A stretch of DNA of 64,000 bases from Phycisphaerales bacterium (GCA_040219655.1 JAVJSB010000003.1:141472-205471), one strand, 5' to 3'. Shown: positions 18,401-26,233, counted from the first letter of the stretch. Program-made: numbers and translations. Notes: generated by a model from the letters alone, not told the origin.

Positions 18401-18871
18401 CGCATCAGCCCCGAGGAAGCCCTCAAGTTCGTCACCATCAACCCCGCCATCCAACTCGGCGCGGGCGACCTCATCGGCTCGCTCGAGCCGGGCAAGCACG
18501 CCGACGTCGTCGTCTGGTCCGGCGACCCGCTCTCGACGTACTCGCGCGTGCTGCACACCTTCGTGGACGGCCGCGAGCTGTTCTCCGACGCCATCGACGC
18601 CGACCACCGCGAGCGCATCGCCGCCGAACGCAAGCGGCTCATCCAGAAGATCGTCGCCGCCCCGGACCGCGGCGAGGACGAAGCCAAGGACGACGAGCCC
18701 GACGCCGACGACCCGACCGATACCACCGACGGCGACGACGACCCCGAGCGCCGCCGCTCGCTCATGGCCGCCGTCCAACGCGACCTCCGCCTGGGCCAGC
18801 ACGACAAGCACGACGAACGCGGCGAGTGCGGCTGCTGGTTCCTCGGCGCCGGCATCGACCTCGAGGACTGA
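15491..18871 (+). CDS. Large two-module amidohydrolase-family protein (HxH-less module + catalytic module) with acidic linkers
   Basis: Internal ATG of track ORF 13946..18871, with signal-like MPMNICVSSLIAVAAGAVALA. The second half carries ITPGLLDCHSHTGL (HxH metal site). The first half reads MHVYAAFVDMGIEVD at the equivalent place. Contains D/E-rich linkers. Confidence 0.8.
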   Translation: MPMNICVSSLIAVAAGAVALAGPTSNSPLVPPPNGPKSAEPGAWAVVGATVHPRPGVALEDHAVLMSDGFIVGVVPEATADLAGYRSYDAEGMHVYAAFVDMGIEVDAPKPDANEAGAHWHHMVTPRRRALAGEGLTDKESERLRSLGFGAASIAPKDGIFRGVSGIVSTAKEFDDPSQGAVPAYVDGVFQSVGFDRDRSGSTRAYPGSVTGAVSIIRQVLSDADWAAATGADPSALTPLTMPFPLVFDCTDELMALLADDIAREFQRNAMIRGSGTELHRLDAIAEAGWPVIVPLRFPAKPDLSSPGAIDALDLEAMMEWEQAPTNPRRLHDAGLAVAITSANLPKGAKFYDNLRRAIDEGGLAEDDALAMLTTTPASLLGMSSELGAVEEGMRANVLVTSGPVFGEETERRAIFVDGRLHELEAAEEFPLDGTWAIRLGGNDSPLRMTFDGKSVTFDDESDDEAEPTKGRSSTIDGGSFRAMLDAQNETGDTTVLSGALTADGTIHGVGINPNGDAFEFTATRVDSPEESDDEADDEDDAVDPAPEDFGGYPFGPYAVSEIPEQGTVLFTNATVWTSGPDGIIDDGFVMIDGGTITAVGPMADAPSAGEGVRVIDCEGKHITPGLLDCHSHTGLFRFGVNEAGQAVTAEVRIHDSLDPGDISWYRQLGGGITTVNSLHGSANPIGGQNAVHKNRWGARHPEDLLLEGAPSGIKFALGENVKQSNWGDRYTTRYPQTRMGVETLIRDRFIEAREYAAHAQRAAAAQAELAELQQQMQRTQTEIQGKYPPIAINWALQPEHSLEDAWQRVLESGQVSNVDPNELLADMRAARALFDKTQRLQRSLVQRRDLELETLAEILSGERLIHCHSYRQDEILMLCRIAEEFGFKIGTFQHALEVYKVAETVREHAIGASNFSDWWAYKVEVQDAIPHAGPIQHEVGVLTSYNSDDNELARRMNLEAAKAVKYSDGRISPEEALKFVTINPAIQLGAGDLIGSLEPGKHADVVVWSGDPLSTYSRVLHTFVDGRELFSDAIDADHRERIAAERKRLIQKIVAAPDRGEDEAKDDEPDADDPTDTTDGDDDPERRRSLMAAVQRDLRLGQHDKHDERGECGCWFLGAGIDLED

Positions 18872-18881
18872 CACGCGACGC

Positions 18882-19385
18882 ATGACCCAACGCACGCAGA
18901 TCCTGATCTGGGCCGCCGCCACCGCGCTCGGCACCGCCTTCGGGTGCTGGATGGGCGTGCGCGCGGTTTCCTCGGCGCGCGACACCCTCGCCTTCCTCGA
19001 CCGCAGCGTCGTCACGCGGGGCGAGATCGTCTCGGTCCGCCGGGAGAGCGCCGAAGGCGGCGCCCGCTCGGTCTACTACCCCACCGTCCGGTTCCAGCCC
19101 ATCGACCCCGCCGACCCGCCCGTCGAGTTCGAGGGCTACGGCTCGATGTCGTTCCAGGGCTCGGTCGGCGAGGCGGTTGACGTCCGCTACGACCCCGACG
19201 CCGAGCACGCCCCGCGCCTGCCGACCTGGTTCGGCACGTGGGGCGAGACGACGATCGCCGCCGGTCTTTCCATCGTGCCAGTCACACTCTGCGGCCCGGT
19301 GCTCGCGTTCTGCCTGATCGCGCTCCGGCCCGAACAACCCAAGGCGCGCCGCGCATCCACCGCCACGAACGAGGCAACCGCATGA
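18882..19385 (+). CDS. DUF3592-like membrane protein
   Basis: Architecture is TM, then beta domain, then TM. Matching segments are VVTRGEIVSV...YYPTVRFQP...VDVRYDP. Confidence 0.65.
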   Translation: MTQRTQILIWAAATALGTAFGCWMGVRAVSSARDTLAFLDRSVVTRGEIVSVRRESAEGGARSVYYPTVRFQPIDPADPPVEFEGYGSMSFQGSVGEAVDVRYDPDAEHAPRLPTWFGTWGETTIAAGLSIVPVTLCGPVLAFCLIALRPEQPKARRASTATNEATA

Positions 19386-20704
19386 CCCGCTTCATCTCCA
19401 CCGCCATCGCCGCCCTGTCCGTCGCGAACGCCGCGCACGCCCAGGACCTCACGCCCACCGCCCCGCCGCAGGACCACCCGATCTACATCTCCGGCGCCAC
19501 CGTCCACACGGCGACGGGCGACGTCATCGAGAACGGGCTCGTCGGGTTCAGCGAGGGGCGCATCACCATGATCGGCGACGCCGATTTCCTCTCCCGCGCC
19601 TCGCTCACCCAGGACACCGAGGTGATCGACGCGACCGGCATGCACGTCTACCCCGGGCTCATCGCCCCGATGACGCGCCTCGGGCTCACCGAGATCAACG
19701 CCGTCCGCGCCATGCGCGACTACAACGAAGCCGGCTCGTTCACGCCCGAGGTCCGCGCCGCCGTCGCCGTCAACCCCGACTCGACGCTCATCCCCGTCGC
19801 ACGCACGAACGGCATCCTCGTCTTCGGCTCCGCCCCCTCGGGCGGTCGCATCCCCGGGCGCCTGTCCGTCATGCGCTCCGACGGCTGGACCTGGGAGGAC
19901 ATGGCGATCGACGACGGCGCCGGGCTCATCATGAACTGGCCCTCCGTCCGCCCGCGCCACCAGCGTTTCGATTCCGACACCGACGCCGCCAAGCGCATCA
20001 AGGAAGACCTCGCCGAGCTCGACGCCTTCTTCGACGCCGCCGACGCCTACGTCGCCGCCAAGGACGCGAACGCCAACCACCCGACCGACCTCCGCTTCGA
20101 AGCGATGCGCCCGATGCTCGCCGGCGACAAGCCCGTCTTCATCAACGCCAACGACCTTGACCAGATCACGACCGCCGTCGCCTGGTCGCTCGAGCGCGGG
20201 CTGCGCCCCGTCATCGTGGGCGGCCGCGACGCCCTCGGCGCCGCCGAGCTCCTCACACGCCACGACGTCCCCGTCATCCTCCGCGGCACGCACGTCTTCC
20301 CCAAGCGCGACGACTCCCCCTACGACGAACCCTTCACCATGCCCAAGCGCCTCACCGACGCCGGCGTCCGCTGGTGCCTCGACTCCGCCGACCGCGACGG
20401 CAACGTCCGCAACCTCCCCTACGAAGCCGCCCGCGCCGCCGCCTTCGGCCTCGACCCCGACCTCGCCCTCCAGTCCATCACGCGCGCCACCGCCGACATC
20501 CTCGGCATCGCCGACGACTACGGCTCGCTCGAGACCGGCAAGTCCGCCACCCTCTTCGTCACCGACGGCGACTGCCTCGAGATCACCTCGAACGTCCAGA
20601 TGGCCTTCATCGACGGCCGGCGCATCGACATCTCCAACAAGCAGACCGAGCTCCGCGACAAGTACCGCGAGAAGTACCAGCAGCTCGATCTGATCGACGA
20701 CTGA
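19382..20704 (+). CDS. Amidohydrolase-family protein lacking the HxH motif
   Basis: Internal ATG overlaps the upstream stop (ATGA). Signal peptide MTRFISTAIAALSVANAAHA. It reads GMHVYPGLIAPMTRLGL where the metal-binding HxH is expected. Confidence 0.75.
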   Translation: MTRFISTAIAALSVANAAHAQDLTPTAPPQDHPIYISGATVHTATGDVIENGLVGFSEGRITMIGDADFLSRASLTQDTEVIDATGMHVYPGLIAPMTRLGLTEINAVRAMRDYNEAGSFTPEVRAAVAVNPDSTLIPVARTNGILVFGSAPSGGRIPGRLSVMRSDGWTWEDMAIDDGAGLIMNWPSVRPRHQRFDSDTDAAKRIKEDLAELDAFFDAADAYVAAKDANANHPTDLRFEAMRPMLAGDKPVFINANDLDQITTAVAWSLERGLRPVIVGGRDALGAAELLTRHDVPVILRGTHVFPKRDDSPYDEPFTMPKRLTDAGVRWCLDSADRDGNVRNLPYEAARAAAFGLDPDLALQSITRATADILGIADDYGSLETGKSATLFVTDGDCLEITSNVQMAFIDGRRIDISNKQTELRDKYREKYQQLDLIDD

Positions 20705-20708
20705 TCGC

Positions 20709-21263
20709 CTAAGGCCGCAGCTCCGCCTCGTCCCACAGCCGGCGCATCGTCCCATCCGAGCGCGGCGTCTCGAGCTGCGCCGTCAGACGCACGCTGCCCG
20801 CGCCCGGCGCGGGCACGCCGTCCGCGTCCGGCATCATCGCCTCGACCCACCCGGGCACGTCCCCCAGCACGATCCGGTACGTCCGGCTCGACGGGTCGTA
20901 GTACCGCGCGTTGTCCTCGTCGGACCACATCGCAACATCCCACCGCACCTCGTCGCGCCCCTCACCCGACGCCGTCCCCGCCGGGCGCAGCAGCTGCACC
21001 GTCAGCTGCCCGACGCCCTTGACCGTGTCGCCCCACTCGTCCTTCATCTCCAGGTGCAAGACGACGCGCGCGGCGCCGTCGTCGTCGCGGTCCAGCCGCG
21101 TCAGCGGGAAGACGCGGATCGCCACCGGCTCGAACGGCCCGGGCGCCCGCCAACCCGCGCGCACCTCGCGCGCCGGGCGATCGCCCAGCCACGACCCCTG
21201 GTCCGCGCACCCGCTCGCCGCACACACGCACGCCGCCAGCCCGATCGCTCGAAGTCCGGTCAT
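20709..21263 (-). CDS. Hypothetical lipoprotein
   Basis: Lipobox AACVCAASGC near the N-terminus; 184 aa; no recognised domain. Confidence 0.6.
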   Translation of the reverse strand: MTGLRAIGLAACVCAASGCADQGSWLGDRPAREVRAGWRAPGPFEPVAIRVFPLTRLDRDDDGAARVVLHLEMKDEWGDTVKGVGQLTVQLLRPAGTASGEGRDEVRWDVAMWSDEDNARYYDPSSRTYRIVLGDVPGWVEAMMPDADGVPAPGAGSVRLTAQLETPRSDGTMRRLWDEAELRP

Positions 21264-21272
21264 CGGCGCAGT

Positions 21273-21539
21273 CTACGCCGCCTCGTCCGGCGTGCGCAGC
21301 CCGCCCAGCATCGCCATCAGCCCACGCTGGCACGCCTCCAGGCTCGCCAGCGCCCGCGTGTTGTCCCCCAGCGCCGCGATGAGCACGTCCGTCTCCCGCC
21401 GCTCACGCATCAGACGCTCGTGCATCTCGCTCACCTGCCGCTCGCGCACCCCCGCCGCCCGACGCTCGGCGAGCCACATCCAGCACACCAGCCCCGCCAC
21501 CCCGAACTGCGCCAGCGCCGCCAACTCCGCTTCCATCAC
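21273..21539 (-). CDS. Small N-terminally anchored coiled-coil protein
   Basis: 88 aa. One hydrophobic helix FGVAGLVCWMWL is followed by the charged helical region RERQVSEMHERLMRERRETD. GTG/ATG start pair. Confidence 0.5.
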   Translation of the reverse strand: MMEAELAALAQFGVAGLVCWMWLAERRAAGVRERQVSEMHERLMRERRETDVLIAALGDNTRALASLEACQRGLMAMLGGLRTPDEAA

Positions 21540-21540
21540 A

Positions 21541-21592
21541 CCCTCTTCCCCCCTCTCCCCTCCGGGGAGAGGGCCGGGGTGAGGGGTCTTCC
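21541..21592 (+). repeat. Module A hairpin repeat (cctctcccc-n-ggggagagg + gccggggtgagggg)
   Basis: Seven copies in the window, all in the same orientation on the + strand. Confidence 0.85.
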
Positions 21593-21610
21593 ACGCCTCC
21601 CCCTCCTACG

Positions 21611-21659
21611 CCTCAAGCCTCACACCTCAAGCCTCACCGCTCACTGCTCACTGCTCACC
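21611..21659 (-). repeat. 7-nt periodic TGA array (7 units) immediately 3' of a stop codon
   Basis: + strand reads cctcaag cctcaca cctcaag cctcacc gctcact gctcact gctcacc, then the cta stop at 21661. On the coding (-) strand this gives a TGA every 7 nt. Confidence 0.8.
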
Positions 21660-21660
21660 A

Positions 21661-22047
21661 CTACAACGTCACCTTCCGGAACGTCGCCGCGTACCGCACG
21701 CTCCACAGGCGCCCGCGATCGATCGGCCCGAGCTCCTCGTACGAGATCATCGTCATCCCGCTCCAGGTGCGCCCGTCGTTGTCGATCAGATCCCCCTGCT
21801 TCTCCGGCAGCTCCGCCTCCGCCGCGACCGCCTGCCGCAGCGTCCACAGCGCGCTCTCGCTCGCCGCGACGAGCCGACCCGTCACCGACATGATGGGCTC
21901 CTTCGCGCCGATCACCTCGCTGCCCGTGCCGTCGTCGAACGGCTGCTGGAACTGCACCCACCGCGGGATCACCAGCAGCTCCCGCGCCGGCGCCGTCACG
22001 CGGTGCGGGCCCGACCCGAAGATGTCATTGCCCCGAAACGAGCTCAT
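21661..22047 (-). CDS. Hypothetical protein downstream of major capsid gene
   Basis: Start MSSFRGNDIF with SD ggaaggag. The track ORF extends 5' through repeat modules. 128 aa, no recognised family. Confidence 0.6.
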   Translation of the reverse strand: MSSFRGNDIFGSGPHRVTAPARELLVIPRWVQFQQPFDDGTGSEVIGAKEPIMSVTGRLVAASESALWTLRQAVAAEAELPEKQGDLIDNDGRTWSGMTMISYEELGPIDRGRLWSVRYAATFRKVTL

Positions 22048-22057
22048 CTCAAACTCC

Positions 22058-22154
22058 TTCCTCCCCCGTCCAGACGGGGGAGGTGGCCGCGAAGCGGACG
22101 GAGGGGGTCCTCCTCCCTCTCCCCCCCGGGGAGAGGGCCGGGGTGAGGGGCTCC
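22058..22154 (+). repeat. Composite repeat: module B (two hairpins incl. GCGAAGC) + module A
   Basis: ttcctcccccgtccagacgggggaggtggccGCGAAGCggacggagggggtcc followed by tcctccctctcccccccggggagagggccggggtgagggg. Confidence 0.85.
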
Positions 22155-22200
22155 CCCTCCTCCCCCTCCTACGCCATTCGCCGCGACACGCTCGCAGCCC

Positions 22201-22236
22201 AAAAACCCCGGGCGCCGGTCTCCCGCGCACCCGGGG
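22201..22236 (-). terminator. Putative intrinsic terminator after the capsid gene
   Basis: - strand reads ccccgggtgcgc-gggagacc-ggcgcccgggg followed by ttttt, ~45 nt after the 22279 stop. Confidence 0.5.
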
Positions 22237-22278
22237 CGCACCGCCGGGTCCCCCCGAACCCCAGCGGGCATCACCCGA

Positions 22279-23454
22279 TCACACCGCCAGGCCCGAGATC
22301 ACCCCGTGCGCGTTCTCGTTCTTGAACTCCAGCGTGTACTCCCCGATCACCTGCCCCCGCACCGCGTCCCCCGCCGGCGCCAGCGGCTTGAAGTGGAAGC
22401 TCCGCCCCTGCAGCGGCATCACCTGGATCCGGCTCGAATCCAGCAGCATCAGCGTGTCCGACGGCACCCACCGGCTCATCACCACCCGGCACACGCCGAA
22501 GTCGCTCTCATACACGCTGATCAGATCCCGGTACGTCTCGTCCTCGGGCAGGTACGCCCGCGTCCCCGACGCGAACGCGTTGATCCGACGCTTCTGCGCC
22601 CCGCCCACCACGATCGTGTCGATCTGACCCGACGACTGATCCCAGATCTCCTTCATCGCCGCGTTCAGCACCGCCTCGTTCAGCTCGTCACTCCCGGCGC
22701 CGTCCCCGTCCGGGATCGCCCCGGTTCCCGGCTCGAACCGGTTCGAGCTGATGAGCTTCAGAATCCCGTTCATCGATCGCCGGATCGACGACGTCCCCTG
22801 CTGGTCCGATGCCGGCGCCACGCCGTTGATCACGCAGTTCTCCAGATCCCGCAGCAGCTCGCGCATCCGCTCCTGCTTCTGGTAATCGACCTCGTCGTCG
22901 ATCCCGTACGCCCGCGCCGCCTGCATCGAACCCGACACCTCGATCGCCTCCGTCAGGATCTGCGTGTAGTTCTGCTTGCGCACCCGCGACGTGAACCGCG
23001 CCTCGGGTGCCTGCTCGCCCTCCAGCGCCGCGTTCCCGATGATCAACAGCTCCATGTTGTCCGCCAGCGTCGCCGCCGTCGTGCCCCCGTACCCACGCAC
23101 CACCCCGACGATGTCCGTATCCACGTCCGACGCCGTCACCAGCATCACCTCACCCGACTGCCCCGGCCGCACCAGATCACCGACCTGGAACACCGACGCG
23201 TCGTCCACGATGAACCCCGTCGCCGTCGTCGGGCTCGGGCTGAACGAGCTCTGGTTGATCCGCCCCACGTTCGGCAGCAGCGTGTCCTCCACCCACTCGT
23301 GCACCGTGCTCAGCGCCGCGCGCTTCGGATCCCCGATGTGATCCAACAGCGGCGTCTCGTGCGGGCTCACGATCCCGATCACGTCCGACACGTCCTCCAC
23401 CAACTCGGGCAGCCCCGCCCCGCCCGAATACGTCGCCTTCCCCGTAAACGCCAT
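22279..23454 (-). CDS. Phage major capsid protein, HK97-fold, SU10-type (DUF5309-like)
   Basis: N-terminal LVEDVSDVIGIVSPHETPLLDHIG...STVHEWVEDTL, then NAALEGEQAPE...RVRKQNYTQI..VSGS. C-terminal YESDFGV..VVMSRW...LD...PL..AGDA..G.VIGEYTLEFKNENAHGVI matches my memory of this capsid family. SD gaggagga. Confidence 0.8.
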   Translation of the reverse strand: MAFTGKATYSGGAGLPELVEDVSDVIGIVSPHETPLLDHIGDPKRAALSTVHEWVEDTLLPNVGRINQSSFSPSPTTATGFIVDDASVFQVGDLVRPGQSGEVMLVTASDVDTDIVGVVRGYGGTTAATLADNMELLIIGNAALEGEQAPEARFTSRVRKQNYTQILTEAIEVSGSMQAARAYGIDDEVDYQKQERMRELLRDLENCVINGVAPASDQQGTSSIRRSMNGILKLISSNRFEPGTGAIPDGDGAGSDELNEAVLNAAMKEIWDQSSGQIDTIVVGGAQKRRINAFASGTRAYLPEDETYRDLISVYESDFGVCRVVMSRWVPSDTLMLLDSSRIQVMPLQGRSFHFKPLAPAGDAVRGQVIGEYTLEFKNENAHGVISGLAV

Positions 23455-23476
23455 CCCGCATCCTCCTCGTTCGTCT

Positions 23477-23615
23477 TCCTCCCTCTCCCCCCCGGGAGAG
23501 GGCCGGGGTCAGGGGCCTTCCCCCCTTCCCCTCGTCAGTCCGAGCCGCGAGCGCAAGCCCGCGGACATCCCCGCATCCATCCGAGCCGCGGGCGTGAGCA
23601 CGCGGACCAGATTCC
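23477..23615 (+). repeat. Composite repeat: module A + module C
   Basis: ttcctccctctcccccccgggagagggccggggtcagggg ... gtccgagccgcgagcgcaagcccgcggac ... catccgagccgcgggcgtgagcacgcggaccagattcc. Confidence 0.8.
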
Positions 23616-23641
23616 CCATGCCTCACACCCGAGGCCTCCGG

Positions 23642-24172
23642 TCAGCTCGCACGCCCCCGCCGCTCACGCAAGTACGCCAGCAACGCCCCCCGGTCACCGC
23701 TCGACCGCGCCTCATCGGCCAGCTCACCCAGCTCCGCTCGCGCGCCGCGTCCGCGCTCCACCGCCACGCTCATCGCCCCAGCCGCCGCGCGTTGACGCGA
23801 TCCGCCCCGGAACAAGAACGGCTTGTCCCGACGCAGCTCCTCGATCGCCGCCCGCACGTCCGGCTCCTCCATCGCGCTCACCGCGATCTCCGTCAGCAGC
23901 GCCACCGTCGCCGCGTCCAGCGCATTCGCCTCGTGCGCCGCGCGCTCAATCTCGTGCCGACGCTCCGACGACCCCAACGCCTCCAACGCCGCCGCCAGCT
24001 CGCCCTCAAGCTCCACGATCCGCGCCTCCAGCTCTGCGATCCGCGCCTCGAAGTCCTCCTCCTCGCGCTCTTCGCGCAGCGCGTCCGCCCGCACGTCCAG
24101 CTCATCCACCATCGTCTCCACGACCGGCGGCTCAATCTCGCCCTCACCGGGCCCGTTGCCGACACCCTTCAT
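23642..24172 (-). CDS. Putative capsid scaffolding protein (acidic coiled coil)
   Basis: Start MKGVGNG with SD ggggagga. It has an E/A/R-rich heptad-like helix (EEDFEARIAELEARIVELEGELAAALEAL) and sits between the portal and capsid genes. Confidence 0.6.
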   Translation of the reverse strand: MKGVGNGPGEGEIEPPVVETMVDELDVRADALREEREEEDFEARIAELEARIVELEGELAAALEALGSSERRHEIERAAHEANALDAATVALLTEIAVSAMEEPDVRAAIEELRRDKPFLFRGGSRQRAAAGAMSVAVERGRGARAELGELADEARSSGDRGALLAYLRERRGRAS

Positions 24173-24188
24173 CGCTCGTTCCTCCCCG

Positions 24189-25706
24189 TCACACCACGCC
24201 CGGATCGCCGGACCCGTACCCCAGTTCCGCCAGCAAACGCTCGTCCCCGACGCCCAACTCGCGCTTCGATTCCGCCGCCGACAGGTCCTCCGCCGGCACG
24301 CTCGGCAACGCGTCCGGCCACGCCACACGCAGCCCGCGCTCCCGCTCGCCCGTCATCAGCACGCCCGCCCCCGCCAACGCGTCCAGCACCAACCCCGACG
24401 CCTCGACGATCCCGCGCCCGTACGTCACACGCTTCCGCGCCGTCTTCGCAAGCAAACTCAGCAGCGTGATCCGCAGCGCGTTCGCGCTCGTCAGATTCCC
24501 GACCTTCGCCCGCACCACGCCGCCCGCCAACGGCGGCACCGCGCTCGCCTTGTCCATCGCCTCGCGGATCTGCTCGATGTGCGATTCCTCGCTCGGGCTC
24601 GCCCCGTCACCCCCGAACGACTCGATCGACGCGTCCGGGTTGTTCGTGCTCCACACGCTCCCCGGCGTCACCGGCACCCGATCAAACCCATCGAGCCCCT
24701 TCGCCAGGTACATCCGAAAGCTCTGCATCGTCACCCGGCTCGCGCGATCGCTCAGCCGCGTGTTCAGCTCGTCCTGCAGCGGGATCAACGCCTCAACCTC
24801 GCTCAGCCCCGAGTACCGGAACGGCTGACTCCCGTTCTGCACGTGCACCACCGGCACAACATCCGGCAACAACGAACTCGCACGCTCCGCAACAACTTCG
24901 CCGTCCTCCACCCGGCGCCAACGCCCGGGTTCGAACACCTCCGTCACCGTCCCACGTTTCCGCTGCAACCTCGAAGACGCTCGCCCGTTCGCCCGCTCGC
25001 GCCCGAACAGCCGCTTCGCCCGCCCCGCCCGGTCCGTCCGCTCCACCTCGTTGAGCTCACGCTCGAAGTGCACCAGGTACCCGTCGAGCCGCCGGTAGTC
25101 CCCCGCGCTCAAGATCGGGACGCCCCGCGTCGCCTCGATCGGCTCGATCCGGATCGCGTGCGCCGCGACCACCGCCGGGTCCTCGCCCGCCAGCTCCGCG
25201 AGCGCCCCCTCATCGACCCGCACCGCGAGATCAACGTGCCCGTACACATGCCCGAGCAGCGCCACGTCCTGCAGCAGCGCGAGCCCCCCGCTCGCCTCCC
25301 ACACCGCGTCGAGCACCCGCTCCACGTCCGCCGCGAGCCCCGCGTCCGACGCCTCCGACGCGATCCGCACCGGCCGCCCGAACAGGAAGTCCACCATCGT
25401 CAGCACGCGCCACGCGATGTCGTTCTCGATCACCACCTCGCGCCGCGTCCGGGCGCGATCGTCCAGACTGAACGCGTCCTCGCCCAACCCCGAAGACCGC
25501 CCCGTCACCCGCGCCGGCAGCCCCGCCTCCTGCGCCAGGCGCCACCCCCTCGACGAACCCCCCTCCGCGCCGACCGGCTCGGCCGGATTCCGGAAGTACC
25601 GCCACAACTCCTCGAGCCGCGGCGCCACCGCCTTCTCGTGCTCTTCGATCGCGACGCGAATCAACGCGTCATCGAGCCCACGTTCCGTTCCGAGCCGGTC
25701 GGGCAT
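24189..25706 (-). CDS. Phage portal protein (SPP1 gp6-like)
   Basis: LEELWRYFRN, ENDIAWRVLTMVDFLFGRPV, VPVVHVQN....YSGLSEVEALIPLQDELNTRLSDRA and LTSANALRITLLSLLAKT follow the portal-family pattern as I remember it. SD ggagggg lies before the ATG at 25706. Confidence 0.75.
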   Translation of the reverse strand: MPDRLGTERGLDDALIRVAIEEHEKAVAPRLEELWRYFRNPAEPVGAEGGSSRGWRLAQEAGLPARVTGRSSGLGEDAFSLDDRARTRREVVIENDIAWRVLTMVDFLFGRPVRIASEASDAGLAADVERVLDAVWEASGGLALLQDVALLGHVYGHVDLAVRVDEGALAELAGEDPAVVAAHAIRIEPIEATRGVPILSAGDYRRLDGYLVHFERELNEVERTDRAGRAKRLFGRERANGRASSRLQRKRGTVTEVFEPGRWRRVEDGEVVAERASSLLPDVVPVVHVQNGSQPFRYSGLSEVEALIPLQDELNTRLSDRASRVTMQSFRMYLAKGLDGFDRVPVTPGSVWSTNNPDASIESFGGDGASPSEESHIEQIREAMDKASAVPPLAGGVVRAKVGNLTSANALRITLLSLLAKTARKRVTYGRGIVEASGLVLDALAGAGVLMTGERERGLRVAWPDALPSVPAEDLSAAESKRELGVGDERLLAELGYGSGDPGVV

Positions 25707-25952
25707 CGGGTCCCCTCCACCACGCACCGCCGGGAATGCCCCCGGTCACAAGATCCGTCGAGCGAGCCACACGCCCGCCGCACACCCCTCCCCCACGCGC
25801 CCTGCCACGCGCGCACAACCACCGCGCTGCGCACGCACGAACGCGCGCAACCCCTTGCCAACACCGGCGCAGAAATTCCCCCAAAAACACAACCGCGGCC
25901 CCGGTCACCCGACGCCGCGTGCGCTCAAAGTCAGATGTCCACGATCACGCGC

Positions 25953-26213
25953 TCAGGCCTCAGCCGCCTCCACGCGCTCCACCCTCGAGTTCTGATCCAG
26001 GTTCACCGTGATCAGCTCGCCGTCGTCCTTGCGAAGCTCCACCCGGTCGATCCACAGCTTCTTGTCCTTGCTGTGCGCAAACCACGACCCCGTCTTCTGC
26101 TGACCCGCACGCACCACCGCGCCCTCGACGACCGTGCTCGTCGCCTCGCGGCCCGTCACCACGTGCTGCGTCACCCGCACCCGCGCCCCGGCTTCAAACT
26201 CAAGCTCATGCAT
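25953..26213 (-). CDS. Hypothetical small protein upstream of portal gene
   Basis: 86-aa ORF, beta-rich by eye, no recognised family. Confidence 0.5.
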   Translation of the reverse strand: MHELEFEAGARVRVTQHVVTGREATSTVVEGAVVRAGQQKTGSWFAHSKDKKLWIDRVELRKDDGELITVNLDQNSRVERVEAAEA

Positions 26214-26233
26214 GCCGACATCCTAGCTCGATC

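Noticed and set aside
15515-19015. 1166-aa minus-strand ORF
   Set aside because: It is antisense to the well-supported amidohydrolase gene, with a G/V/A/R/D-only composition typical of shadow ORFs in GC-rich DNA.
25728-25952. Terminator or small RNA in the 225-nt spacer upstream of the portal gene
   Set aside because: I found only a weak 4-bp stem before a T5 run, and no convincing promoter or hairpin. It is left unannotated.
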